Source: an uncultured Victivallales bacterium
Lineage (GTDB): Bacteria; Verrucomicrobiota; Lentisphaeria; Oligosphaerales; JAFGRS01
NCBI GenBank assembly: GCA_903933565.1
Contig: CAIZKT010000239.1
Location: 1 to 37,078, forward strand
Direction: 5' to 3'
DNA length: 37,078 nt
Made by a program: the position numbers and the translations under genes. Each line of letters starts with the position of its first letter. Positions within the stretch are counted from its first letter, which is position 1. Under the pieces are notes generated by a model that did no database searches, was not told the origin of the DNA, and saw nothing but the letters and a program-made list of their open reading frames with translations. Of the stretch, positions 8,932 to 17,792 are shown one piece after another.

Positions 8932-10392
8932 TCAGTTCCCTATGATCGGCGCCCAGCGCAGTTGCGCCGTTGGCGTGCGGTCGAGCAGCCATTCGCGGCG
9001 TCGCCGGAACCCGTTCAGGCGCTCCGCCTGGGCAGGATCGGCAGCGCGGTTGTGCCGCTCCCCGGGATCAGCTTCCAGGTCGAAGAGCAGTTCGCGGGGC
9101 TGGTCAGGATCGGGGTAATCAAGGAAGCGGACGTACTTGCAGTGCTCCGTCTGCAGCATCTGCCACTGTCCCGAACACTCGCTGAAGGCGGTGTCGCGTA
9201 TTCCGGTGGCGCTGCCGCGAACCACGGGCAAGAGCGACCGACAGGGCACGAGGTTGTTGAAGGCAGGCCAGGGTAGAGACAGTTCGGCCTGCCAGTCCAG
9301 TCCCGCCGCATCCAGGAGAGTGGCCGTCAGGTCGATGATTTCAGTCGGTGAGGTGATCAGACGCCGGTCCAGGTGGTGCGGGTGCCGCACCAGGGTGGGG
9401 ACGGTCACGGCTTGGCGGTAGAAGGTGCTCTTTTGGAAGCGCTGGTGGTCGCCCAGCATCTCGCCGTGGTCGCTGGTGAAGAGGATGAGCGTCCGGTCCA
9501 GCAGGTTGTCCGCCTGCAGGGCAGCGAGGATACGGCCCACCTGTGCGTCGATCGCCAGGAGCATGGCGCGGTAGGAGCGGCGGAGGGTCCACAGACGTTT
9601 CTTGACCGCGGTGTCCAGGGCTCCGTCGGCGTCGACGATAAAGTCGTCCACCTCTTCGTAGGGGACCTGTTGGAGATAGGAGTCGGGCGGGTCGAAGGGG
9701 GCATGAGGGCCACAGAAGGAGCCGAAGATGCAGAAGGGCCGGTCCTTGGGGCGTTGGCGCAGGCACTCCAGGATCTTGTCTCCCGTGAGCACGTCGACGT
9801 AGTCCTCTTCGGGAAAAGGCCAAGGCTTGCCGGTGAATTCCACCTTGGCGGCTTGGTCGACGTTGCGGCCTTCGACCTCGATGTGGTCCCGGTAAGCCTC
9901 CAAAAGACCACGGCGTTCCAGGTGCGCGGCGTGTTCGCAGTAGTTTCTCAGGGCCAATTGCTTGCCGGCGGTTTCCCAGACGTAGTCCAGGCCGAACCCC
10001 TGCATGGTTTCACGCAAGGCGACCAGGTCGTGGCCCTGGCCGCGTCCGCGCTGCCAGGGCCAGCCCTGCAGCCAATGGAACTTGCCGATGCCGGCGGTGA
10101 AGTACCCGGCCCGCTGCAGCGCCTGGAAGTAGGTCGGGTGCTGCAGGCTGAGATCACCCGACATGCTGAGTGTGCCGATCTGGTGGGTGTACTTGCCGGT
10201 GAGCAAGGCGGTGCGGGCCGGCGTACAAATCGGGTTGACCGTGACGCAGTTGCTGAAGGCCGTACCGTCGGCCAGCCGGTCCAAGTTCGGCATAGCGAAG
10301 CGGCTGCCGGGAAGAAAACCGACATGGTCGGCGCGGTGTTGGTCGGTCATCAGGAAGAGGATGTTCAGGGGCTCAGTTGCGGTCTTGGGCAT
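8932..10392 (-). CDS. Cys-type sulfatase (arylsulfatase family), no signal peptide
   Basis: Track ORF 8932..10446. The ATG at 10392 is preceded by GGGAGGA. N-terminus MPKTATEPLNILFLMTDQHRADH. Formylglycine motif CTPARTALLTGK. The FTSDHGE block is present. Confidence 0.9.
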   Translation of the reverse strand: MPKTATEPLNILFLMTDQHRADHVGFLPGSRFAMPNLDRLADGTAFSNCVTVNPICTPARTALLTGKYTHQIGTLSMSGDLSLQHPTYFQALQRAGYFTAGIGKFHWLQGWPWQRGRGQGHDLVALRETMQGFGLDYVWETAGKQLALRNYCEHAAHLERRGLLEAYRDHIEVEGRNVDQAAKVEFTGKPWPFPEEDYVDVLTGDKILECLRQRPKDRPFCIFGSFCGPHAPFDPPDSYLQQVPYEEVDDFIVDADGALDTAVKKRLWTLRRSYRAMLLAIDAQVGRILAALQADNLLDRTLILFTSDHGEMLGDHQRFQKSTFYRQAVTVPTLVRHPHHLDRRLITSPTEIIDLTATLLDAAGLDWQAELSLPWPAFNNLVPCRSLLPVVRGSATGIRDTAFSECSGQWQMLQTEHCKYVRFLDYPDPDQPRELLFDLEADPGERHNRAADPAQAERLNGFRRRREWLLDRTPTAQLRWAPIIGN

Positions 10393-10435
10393 GGCGTCCT
10401 CCCAGTTTCCCTGGCGGCATTCGCCGAGCGCGGTT

Positions 10436-11488
10436 CTACAACTCACCGAGGAGAGCGTTGAGGCGGGCGGTCCAGACGGCCTGGGCCAGGGTTTGGCGGG
10501 CGGTACCGAGTTGCCGGTCGAGCTCGTGCCATTGGCGGGCGTCCAGGCTGGCCTGGCCGGCGAGGCGTTCGGCGAGCTGGAGGCCCTCGGCTTGGCGGGC
10601 CTGCACCAGCGCGGTCAGCTCCGCCTTGCAGGCTGGGCTGGGCTCCTGTTCCGCCTGGCGCGTTAGCGCCGCGAGCTGTTCTTGCAGACTCTTCAGGCCG
10701 GCTTCGGCGAGGGCGCGGTAGGTGGTCTCCGCCAAGCCGACACGGGTGAACAGCGTGATCGCACCCGAGCGGTCACCTTTGCGGAGTTCGCTGCCGAGAT
10801 CGGAGATCGCTGCCGGCGTGCCCTCCAGGATGACGTGGCCGAAACGGATTGGGTCGTGGAAGCCGGTGGTGACGCGGGCCCAGTTGGACCACTGGCGATT
10901 GCCGATGTAGCGGTCGCGACAGACGTTCAGCCCAAGCAGATGGCCAGCCCGGGGCGTTACCCCCAAGTCCTTCCACGGCACCGCGATCTCAAGGGACCAC
11001 CCCGTCGGCGAGGTGCTGGCAGCGGCCTGGACGGCGGCACTCCAGGCTGGCTCCTCGCCGCACGAGTCGTAGATGCTGCCCGCGGCGTTGACGGCGATCT
11101 GGTAGTAGGTCGTGTGAGAGTGCGCCGGATCGATGAAGAGCTCGATAGTCTCGCCGTGGAACACCGCGTGGGCATCGCGTGCCTGGGCCTCCGGGGCGAA
11201 TTGCTTCATCTCCGGTTCGTCGCAGTTCACCCCCAGGTAGAGGAAGTCGGCGTCGAAGGCGACGCGGAAGAAAGTTGGCGGTTCGCAGGCCGTATCGGTC
11301 CCATAGAGCCGGAAACCCCCGGCCAGGGGTGCCAGCTGCCAGGCGGGTTCGTCGAGGCGGCCGTCCACCTTTGCCCCTTCGAGGCGCGGGGCCGTGTAGA
11401 CGTTGATGTCGAACGCCTCGTCGGCCGCCAGGGGCGCGGCGGACCAGCTCACGGCGAAGAGAAGCAGGGAGGCGATGAAGGGCTTCAT
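10436..11488 (-). CDS. secreted protein with CBM9/DOMON-like carbohydrate-binding domain and C-terminal coiled-coil
   Basis: The ATG at 11488 gives the signal peptide MKPFIASLLLFAVSWSAAPLAA. KVDGRLDEPAWQLAP...FDADFLYLGV is the typical CBM9-like opening. The tail is rich in Q, A, L and E with heptad-like spacing. The stop is 43 nt upstream of the sulfatase start. Confidence 0.65.
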   Translation of the reverse strand: MKPFIASLLLFAVSWSAAPLAADEAFDINVYTAPRLEGAKVDGRLDEPAWQLAPLAGGFRLYGTDTACEPPTFFRVAFDADFLYLGVNCDEPEMKQFAPEAQARDAHAVFHGETIELFIDPAHSHTTYYQIAVNAAGSIYDSCGEEPAWSAAVQAAASTSPTGWSLEIAVPWKDLGVTPRAGHLLGLNVCRDRYIGNRQWSNWARVTTGFHDPIRFGHVILEGTPAAISDLGSELRKGDRSGAITLFTRVGLAETTYRALAEAGLKSLQEQLAALTRQAEQEPSPACKAELTALVQARQAEGLQLAERLAGQASLDARQWHELDRQLGTARQTLAQAVWTARLNALLGEL

Positions 11489-11567
11489 GCTGAGGTTCTC
11501 CAGATGTCTCCGCCGCAAGGCGTTGAAGCCATCTTGTCCGGCGGGAAGCGCGGGCTCCAGTCGGCGG

Positions 11568-12932
11568 TCACGGTGGCGTCAGGAGGCTCCTTGCCAGGTC
11601 AGCCGCCAGTCGCTGCCAGGCCTCAGGCGCGGCGGCGAAGGGCTGCGTCACCACCCGGTACCGCCACGTGCGCCCCGGCTCCACCGTGGCGTTGCTGAAC
11701 ACCACAAAGTAGTGCTTGCGGTAGCGCTCCGGCATGTCCCAGTAACGCACTTCCCAAGGGAGCTCCGCAGGGACCTCGAGAACAGCGGTCACCGCGCCCT
11801 TGCCGAGGGTCTCGCTGAACACGGCGGACCACCTGACCGGGGCGCTGACCTTCATGCTCTTGTCGTCCACGAAGCGGCCCTCTACCCTCTGCCCGTCAAG
11901 GCGTTCCGCCAGGAAATGGCTCATGGCTGGCACCCACGGATGCATGAAGTGATAGAGGAGGTTGAGCGCCACGGGCTTCTCGGCCGCCAGGACGACCTCC
12001 TCGTCGATGCGGTTGTCCTTCACCGTGATGGTGGTGTCAAGGACCAGGTCCCGGATACGCGAGCGTTTGCGCAGAGCAACACGGTCGGCGGTATACGAGT
12101 CCTTGGGGAGTACCTCCCGCACGCCGTTCACCTCCAAAGCCAGGTCATCGACCTGCTCAGTCTCCCCGTTCTCGGTATGGCCTGAGCCGATCAGTCCGGT
12201 GCCCTTAACACTAGCGACGCTGCCGTAGTGACTGCCGAACACGTCCATGCAGACGCGGGTGCCCTGGTAATCGATCCGGTACAGCGTCCAGAATGAGCGA
12301 CTCTCGAAACGCACCTCCAGATCCTGTGAGCGCACCAGGATTGAGGCGGGCCAACCGGCGAACTTGCCCGGTTCCTGCGCCGAGATGCGGACCTCGTCCA
12401 TCCAGGCCTCACCCGTACACTTGCCGCTTGGTTCGTGGAAAGACAGCCGCAGGTGGATCGCATGGGCCCCAGCGGGGTAGGCCTTGTCGGTGCCGGGGCC
12501 GAAGCGCGTGGCCCGCTGCACCCAATCGTGCGGCGCCGAATCCGTCCGCCAGCTCTGGACGGCATACTGAACCAGGCGCTTGCCGGCGGCGTCAAGCACG
12601 CAGATGGAGAAGGCGGCAATACCGCTCTCGAGCCCACCGAACTTGAGCCGGGCACTGACCTCATAGGCCTTGGTCGGGTCGAGTTGCTGGCCGAGGATCA
12701 GTAGCTCGGAGTCCAGGCCGAGGGTGGCGCCTTGGGCGCGCAGGCGGACGGCACTGCCCTGGGCTCCTGCGACTGACCCTACCGACACCATGGCGGGCTC
12801 GCCCGGCACCAGCTTCCAGCCCTCCAGTCCCTGCTCGAAGTCACCGTTGATGATGAGCGGTTCGGCCGCCCACGCCACTGTGGCAGTGGCGAGCAGCCAC
12901 GCGGCTCCGGTTCTCAGCCAGGCTTTCACCAC
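11568..12932 (-). CDS. secreted protein with N-terminal CBM4/9-like jelly-roll domain; C-terminal part of unknown function
   Basis: The GTG at 12932 is preceded by AAGGAG plus 6 nt. Signal peptide VVKAWLRTGAAWLLATATVAWA. The NGDFEQGLEGWKL motif is typical of CBM4_9-like modules. Same strand as the next two genes. Confidence 0.6.
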   Translation of the reverse strand: MVKAWLRTGAAWLLATATVAWAAEPLIINGDFEQGLEGWKLVPGEPAMVSVGSVAGAQGSAVRLRAQGATLGLDSELLILGQQLDPTKAYEVSARLKFGGLESGIAAFSICVLDAAGKRLVQYAVQSWRTDSAPHDWVQRATRFGPGTDKAYPAGAHAIHLRLSFHEPSGKCTGEAWMDEVRISAQEPGKFAGWPASILVRSQDLEVRFESRSFWTLYRIDYQGTRVCMDVFGSHYGSVASVKGTGLIGSGHTENGETEQVDDLALEVNGVREVLPKDSYTADRVALRKRSRIRDLVLDTTITVKDNRIDEEVVLAAEKPVALNLLYHFMHPWVPAMSHFLAERLDGQRVEGRFVDDKSMKVSAPVRWSAVFSETLGKGAVTAVLEVPAELPWEVRYWDMPERYRKHYFVVFSNATVEPGRTWRYRVVTQPFAAAPEAWQRLAADLARSLLTPP

Positions 12933-13113
12933 GGCAAACTCCTTGGTTGCGCTTCTGCGGCCAGCTCCATACGGCGCCAGGCATACGGCCACCCGTTAAC
13001 ATGGAGTCCAAACCCGCGCTGTCCATGGCGACAGGGGTGCAGGTCAGTTTCGTAGGGGCTTCTGCCTGGCACGGCGGGGCGCCGGTCGGTTCAGGGGTGG
13101 TCGGGGCTGCTGG

Positions 13114-13209
13114 GGGACGGTCGAGGCCGACCGGCGCTCCACGCCTGGCGCCCGTCTGGCGCGAGGCGGATTGGGACGGTCGAGGCCGACCGGCGCTCCA
13201 CGCCTGGCG
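13114..13209. repeat. two perfect 37-bp direct repeats (GGGACGGTCGAGGCCGACCGGCGCTCCACGCCTGGCG) at 13114..13150 and 13173..13209, period 59 bp
   Basis: Read directly. Each copy contains the small hairpin CGGTCG-aggc-CGACCG. They lie in the divergent intergenic region between the gene starts at 12932 (-) and 13299 (+). Confidence 0.9.
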
Positions 13210-13298
13210 ACAGGTGGGCGCGGCGACGACGGCGCGTGTGGACGGTGTTGGCGTCGGCTGTTATGTTGCGGAGTCTCCCGGTCGTCTCCGAGATCAGC

Positions 13299-14972
13299 AT
13301 GGCTGCTTCTACCCTCCACAACATCGCTCATTTCCTGCCCGAGTGGGCGCTGGCGGCGCCGTTGCGCCAGGCGCTGCTGGTTCCGTCTCGGTCGGGGGGG
13401 AGCGGCGCCTCGGCGTGGACCGGCTGGACCTTCGCCGAACTCGATGCGGCCTGCGACCGGCAGGCCCACGCCCTGCGGCGGCTGGGGGTACAGCGCGGCA
13501 TGCTGACGCTGCTGATGGTCAGGCCGGGGCTGCCTTTCTACGCGCTGACCTTTGCGCTGTTCAAGATTGGCGCTGTGCCGATCTTCATTGATCCCGGCAT
13601 GGGCTGGCTCAATTTCATGGACTGCGTGCGGCAGTCGGGTCCGGAAGTTTTTCTGGGGATACCTGCGGCGCACGTGCTGCGGGTGTTGTTTCCGGCGCGC
13701 TTTCGCAGCGTCCGCATCAAGGCTGTTCTTGGGCGTCTGCCGTTCCCTGGGGCGCGGCGGCTTGGCGAGGGTAGCGAGGGGGTCGCGGCAGCGTTTCCCA
13801 CGGAGCCGGTGGAGGCCGACGCTCCGGCCGCCGTGCTGTTCACCACGGGTAGCACGGGCCCAGCCAAGGGCGTCGCGTACACCCACCGGGTCTTCATCAC
13901 CCAGGTCGAGCTGCTGCGGCGCGAGTACGGCATCGGCCCCGGCGATGTCGACCTGCCCTGTTTTCCGCTGTTCGGCCTGTTCAGTACGGCTCTAGGGGCG
14001 ACGGCGGTCATCCCTGACATGGACCCTTCGCGGCCAGCGCAGGTGGATCCACGGCGCATTGTCGAGCCGATTCTGACGCATGGAGTGACCTACTCCTTCG
14101 GCTCGCCGTCCCTCTGGGGTCGGGTCGGGCAATACTGCGCCCAGAGCGGCCAGCGCCTTCCGAGCCTGACTCGCGTGATCATGGCCGGGGCGCCGGTACC
14201 GGCAGCAGTCCACGAGACGCTCTTGGAGTACGTGCTGCCGCCGGGTGCGCAAACGTTCACGCCCTACGGCGCCACGGAGGCGCTGCCGGTCACGACCTTC
14301 TCCGGCAGGGAGATGTTGGACGAGACCGCGGCGGCGACCCGCATGGGTGCGGGCATGTGCGTCGGCCGCCCGTTGCCGGAGATCACCCTGCGTATCATCC
14401 GCATTTTCGCTGCGCCGATCGAGCGCTGGCGTGACGATCTGGTAGTGCCCCCGGGGCAGATCGGCGAAGTCGTGGTCAAGGGCCCTGTGGTGACCTCGCA
14501 GTACCACCTTCTTCCGGAGTCCACGCGCCGCGCCAAGATTGCGGATGGCGACACGGTCTGGCACCGCATGGGCGACGTGGGCTATCTTGACGAAGGCGGT
14601 CGGCTGTGGTTCTGCGGTCGCCTGGCACACCGGGTGCAGACAGCGCACGGCACCTCGTACAGCGTCTGCTGTGAAGCGATCTTCAATGCGGTACAGGGGG
14701 TTCGCCGTTGTGCCCTCGTCGGGGTCGGCGTCGACCGAGCCCGTCAGCGCCCGGTCATCGTCATCGAGCCGGAGGCGGGGAGTTTTCCGGCTTCGCGCTG
14801 CAAGCGTGCGGCCTTTACGGAGCGTCTTCTGGCTGCTGGTGCGGCGAGCGCGCTGACCTGCGGCATCCGAGACGTGCTCTTCCACCGGGCCTTCCCCGTG
14901 GACATCCGGCACAATGCGAAGATTCGGCGTGAGGTGTTGGCGCAGTGGGCCAGTCTGCGGCTGAAAGGGTGA
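13299..14972 (+). CDS. AMP-dependent synthetase/ligase (fatty acyl-AMP/CoA ligase family), 557 aa
   Basis: The ATG at 13299 starts MAASTLHNIAHF. Adenylation cores present: LFTTGSTGPAKGV, TPYGATE, GEVVVKGPVVTSQY, WHRMGDVGYLDEGGRLWFCGR, and a C-terminal HNAKIRR lysine. Confidence 0.85.
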   Translation: MAASTLHNIAHFLPEWALAAPLRQALLVPSRSGGSGASAWTGWTFAELDAACDRQAHALRRLGVQRGMLTLLMVRPGLPFYALTFALFKIGAVPIFIDPGMGWLNFMDCVRQSGPEVFLGIPAAHVLRVLFPARFRSVRIKAVLGRLPFPGARRLGEGSEGVAAAFPTEPVEADAPAAVLFTTGSTGPAKGVAYTHRVFITQVELLRREYGIGPGDVDLPCFPLFGLFSTALGATAVIPDMDPSRPAQVDPRRIVEPILTHGVTYSFGSPSLWGRVGQYCAQSGQRLPSLTRVIMAGAPVPAAVHETLLEYVLPPGAQTFTPYGATEALPVTTFSGREMLDETAAATRMGAGMCVGRPLPEITLRIIRIFAAPIERWRDDLVVPPGQIGEVVVKGPVVTSQYHLLPESTRRAKIADGDTVWHRMGDVGYLDEGGRLWFCGRLAHRVQTAHGTSYSVCCEAIFNAVQGVRRCALVGVGVDRARQRPVIVIEPEAGSFPASRCKRAAFTERLLAAGAASALTCGIRDVLFHRAFPVDIRHNAKIRREVLAQWASLRLKG

Positions 14973-15062
14973 TGCAGGCGAGTGGCGGTCGCAACCGCGT
15001 TCTCCGTCCCGCTGTGCTTTGGCCGGTCGGGTGGCCGGTCCTGTTCCCGACGTTGCCAGGCG

Positions 15063-15099
15063 CAGAAAAAGACAACGCCCGGCCGTGGCGGCCGGGCGT
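15063..15099 (-). terminator. Rho-independent terminator of the small minus-strand gene
   Basis: On the minus strand, ACGCCCGGCCG-cca-CGGCCGGGCGT forms an 11-bp GC stem, followed by TTGTCTTTTTCT. It begins 24 nt after the stop at 15123. Confidence 0.6.
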
Positions 15100-15122
15100 G
15101 GCGAACTCACTCAACCCTGCAG

Positions 15123-15449
15123 TTACTTCTTCGCGGGTGCCATCGGGGCGGGGCCGGGGCCGGGGCCGCCCATGGCGCCTTCGGGCATTTCCACCATCGG
15201 GACGGGGGCGAACTTCCACAGGACCTTGCCGTCCTCGTTAACGGCCTGGAAGCCGCCGACGGTGTTCTGTGCCGTGGTGGTCACCAGCACATCGACCTGC
15301 CGGTTCATCTTGATCAGTTCATCCTTGATCTTGTTCAGGGAAGTGACCATGAAAATGCCGAGGATGACGACCAGGACGACAGCGAGCGCCTGTACCGTCT
15401 TCATCGAGTCACCACCACACTCGGGAGCCGCCTTCACTTCGTCCGCCAT
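15123..15449 (-). CDS. small membrane-anchored protein of unknown function with Pro/Gly-rich tail (108 aa, or 93 aa from the ATG at 15404)
   Basis: High GC3. One TM segment, ALAVVLVVILGIFMV. Both candidate ATGs have SD-like sequences (AAGGG for 15449, GGTGGTG for 15404). A clean terminator follows. I recognise no family. Confidence 0.55.
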   Translation of the reverse strand: MADEVKAAPECGGDSMKTVQALAVVLVVILGIFMVTSLNKIKDELIKMNRQVDVLVTTTAQNTVGGFQAVNEDGKVLWKFAPVPMVEMPEGAMGGPGPGPAPMAPAKK

Positions 15450-15757
15450 GATGTCGCCCTTTCTCTGCTCGCGTTGCCCGTTGAATCCCTACCGACGCCA
15501 CTCCGGGCGTCGGCTCCGCTAAGTCTTACCTTTATAACCGGTCCATGCGGCTGTTGCAAGCGCTCCTGCCGCAAAAAGGTGTCTTGTTCGCATGATCTCC
15601 CGCACCCCCACGTATTCGAGGCGCGGTCGCCGTTCCTGAAACCGCTCGCCGAAATCCTCCCCGCGGGGGTGGCAACGAGACGGTTCAGGGTCACATTGAG
15701 ATTCCGTCGGATGGCCGTGTTTTGGAGCTGCCGCCCATCATCCAGGGAGCCGCAACC

Positions 15758-16684
15758 ATGATTCAGGATCTGCTCCAGCTTGTCTCAGCCGAGCGCCTGC
15801 GCCGCGACCTTGTCTACCTGGCTGGTGAGCCGCTGCCCTTTCGTAAGGTGAACTATACCCGGCCGGGGCAGAGTCTTTCTTCGCTGGACGAGGCCGATGC
15901 CTACCTGCAGGCGCAGTTGCAGGCCGCGGGGTGGGCCGTGGCGCGCACCACGCACCGCGTGCAGGCCTTCCGTTGCGACGCGACCAAGCCGTTGCATCAC
16001 TGGTACTCGAAGCCCGCGCCCGAGGATGCTTGGTACGACGCCTGCAACCTCGAGGCCGAAAAGCCGGGCAGCGCGTGTCGCGACGAGATCATCCAACTCA
16101 TTGCGCACAAGGACTCCATGAGTTGGATCGATTCGCCTGGCGCCCACGATAACGCCGTCGGCACGGTAGCGAATCTCGAAATCGCCCGAGCTCTGGCCGG
16201 TTGCCCGACCCGGCGCACGATTCGCATTCTCTTCTGCAACGAAGAACACACCCCCTGGACCAGCCGCTTCGCCGCCGACGCGGCTGCCAGCCGCGGCGAC
16301 CGGATCATCGCCGTGCTCAACCAGGACTCGCTGGACGGCAAATCGGAGGCGGACATGGCCGCCGGCCGCCTCATTCACGTGGTCGCCTACAGCACCGATG
16401 AGGGGCGGCCGCTGGCGGACCTGGTGGAGCGCTGCAATCGTACTTACGGCCTCGGGCTCGAGGTCGCGGTGGCCTTCAAGCAACACGTCAACGACGACGA
16501 TGGGATGTTCATCAAGGCAGGTTTCCGCACGACCGTAATGAACCTCGGTTCCTGGCCCTATGCCGATGCCGAGTATCATCTGCCGGGCGACCGGCCGGAG
16601 CGGGTGAATCTGGAGAACGTCAGGCGCAGCACGCAACTGGTACTGGCCGCCGTGCTCGAACTGGATGCGCACGGATTAGGCTGA
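15758..16684 (+). CDS. M28-family metallopeptidase (aminopeptidase-like)
   Basis: The ATG at 15758 is preceded by GGGAG. HKDSMSWIDSPGAHDNAVGTVANLEIARAL matches the M28 H-x-D...GAxDNxxG block. This is followed by FCNEEH (the EE metal/catalytic block). Confidence 0.8.
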   Translation: MIQDLLQLVSAERLRRDLVYLAGEPLPFRKVNYTRPGQSLSSLDEADAYLQAQLQAAGWAVARTTHRVQAFRCDATKPLHHWYSKPAPEDAWYDACNLEAEKPGSACRDEIIQLIAHKDSMSWIDSPGAHDNAVGTVANLEIARALAGCPTRRTIRILFCNEEHTPWTSRFAADAAASRGDRIIAVLNQDSLDGKSEADMAAGRLIHVVAYSTDEGRPLADLVERCNRTYGLGLEVAVAFKQHVNDDDGMFIKAGFRTTVMNLGSWPYADAEYHLPGDRPERVNLENVRRSTQLVLAAVLELDAHGLG

Positions 16685-16923
16685 GAGGCAGTCCTGTCTG
16701 TGGGTGTCGAGCGTGAGGTCCGGCCTGCTTCTGACCAGCTTGGCGAGGGCTGGGTCTGTTCGCCGTGGCAAAGACGCCGCCCCGTGGCCAGTTTCACCGG
16801 ATTACCCGTGCCTCTCCTTGTGGAAATGACCGCTGGAGCGGTCCATGGTAAGGCGCGCCTGACCCTCGGCGCTTTGCTGGGGCGGTCTGGTAGTGTTCGG
16901 GAAGCCTAGGAAGGAGTCGATCG

Positions 16924-17682
16924 ATGAAACCCATTGCCCTGCAGTTGTACACCCTCCGGGACGCCGCCAAGACGGACTTTGCGGGCGTGCTCAAGCAAGT
17001 GGCCGCCTTGGGCTACCTGGGCGTCGAGCCCGCCGGTTTCCACAATCTCTCCATGGCTGAGTTTCGCAGGGTCGTCGAAGACTGCGGCATGAAGGTGTGT
17101 TCGAGCCACGGTCCCGGGGCTAAGCCGGACAACCTGCAGGAGGTCATCGACGCAGCGGGCATTCTCGGCCTTGATCTGGCGTGCTGCGGCTACGGTCCAG
17201 CGCAGTTCGACACCCGTGAGCACATCCGCCAGACCGCCGAAACCGTCGCCAGCATGGCCGAGAAGCTGCATCAGGCCGGGATCACGCTGTTCCAGCACAA
17301 CCACTACTGGGAGTTCGCCCAGGTCGAGGGCCGTCTGGCCTACGACTGGTACCTCGAGGACTGCGGGCCGTACGTAACCTTCGAGATGGACGCCTACTGG
17401 TCCGCCAACCACGGCGCCAACGACCCGGCGGCAATGACCAAGAAGTTCGCCGACCGCATCCCGCTGCTGCACGTCAAGGACGGGCCGCTGGAGAAGGACA
17501 AGGCGATGATGCCACTGGGCACCGGTAAGATGGACATTCCGGCGGTCGTCAAGGCCTGCAACGAGAAGGTGTTGCGCTGGGTGATCGTCGAACTGGACCG
17601 CTGCGACTGCGACATGTTCGAGGCGGTGTCACTGAGCTACACCTACCTCACGAAAAACGGCCTGGCAAAGGGCCGCAAGTAA
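16924..17682 (+). CDS. sugar phosphate isomerase/epimerase (xylose isomerase-like TIM barrel)
   Basis: AGGAAGGAG lies upstream of the ATG. The opening MKPIALQLYTLRD...LGYLGVEPAGF is typical of AP_endonuc_2/TIM-barrel family members. 252 aa. Confidence 0.85.
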   Translation: MKPIALQLYTLRDAAKTDFAGVLKQVAALGYLGVEPAGFHNLSMAEFRRVVEDCGMKVCSSHGPGAKPDNLQEVIDAAGILGLDLACCGYGPAQFDTREHIRQTAETVASMAEKLHQAGITLFQHNHYWEFAQVEGRLAYDWYLEDCGPYVTFEMDAYWSANHGANDPAAMTKKFADRIPLLHVKDGPLEKDKAMMPLGTGKMDIPAVVKACNEKVLRWVIVELDRCDCDMFEAVSLSYTYLTKNGLAKGRK

Positions 17683-17792
17683 GTCAGCACCCTGCAGTCT
17701 CAAGCAGGCGGCGCTCGCAGCCTGCCGCCATGGTTTCGCGCTTTCCCAGAGCCGTGGATGGCCTGCTGATCTGGCCATGACAGGGAGTGGCG

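Noticed and set aside
13114-13209. Possible CRISPR array
   Set aside because: There are only two repeat copies, the single spacer is 22 bp, and no cas genes are present. This is not a CRISPR.
12947-13886. ORFs 12947..13591 (+) and 13044..13886 (-) spanning the divergent intergenic region
   Set aside because: They run through the 37-bp direct repeats and the promoter region, and are Arg/Pro/Gly-rich. The acyl-AMP ligase frame explains the coding signal from 13299 onward.
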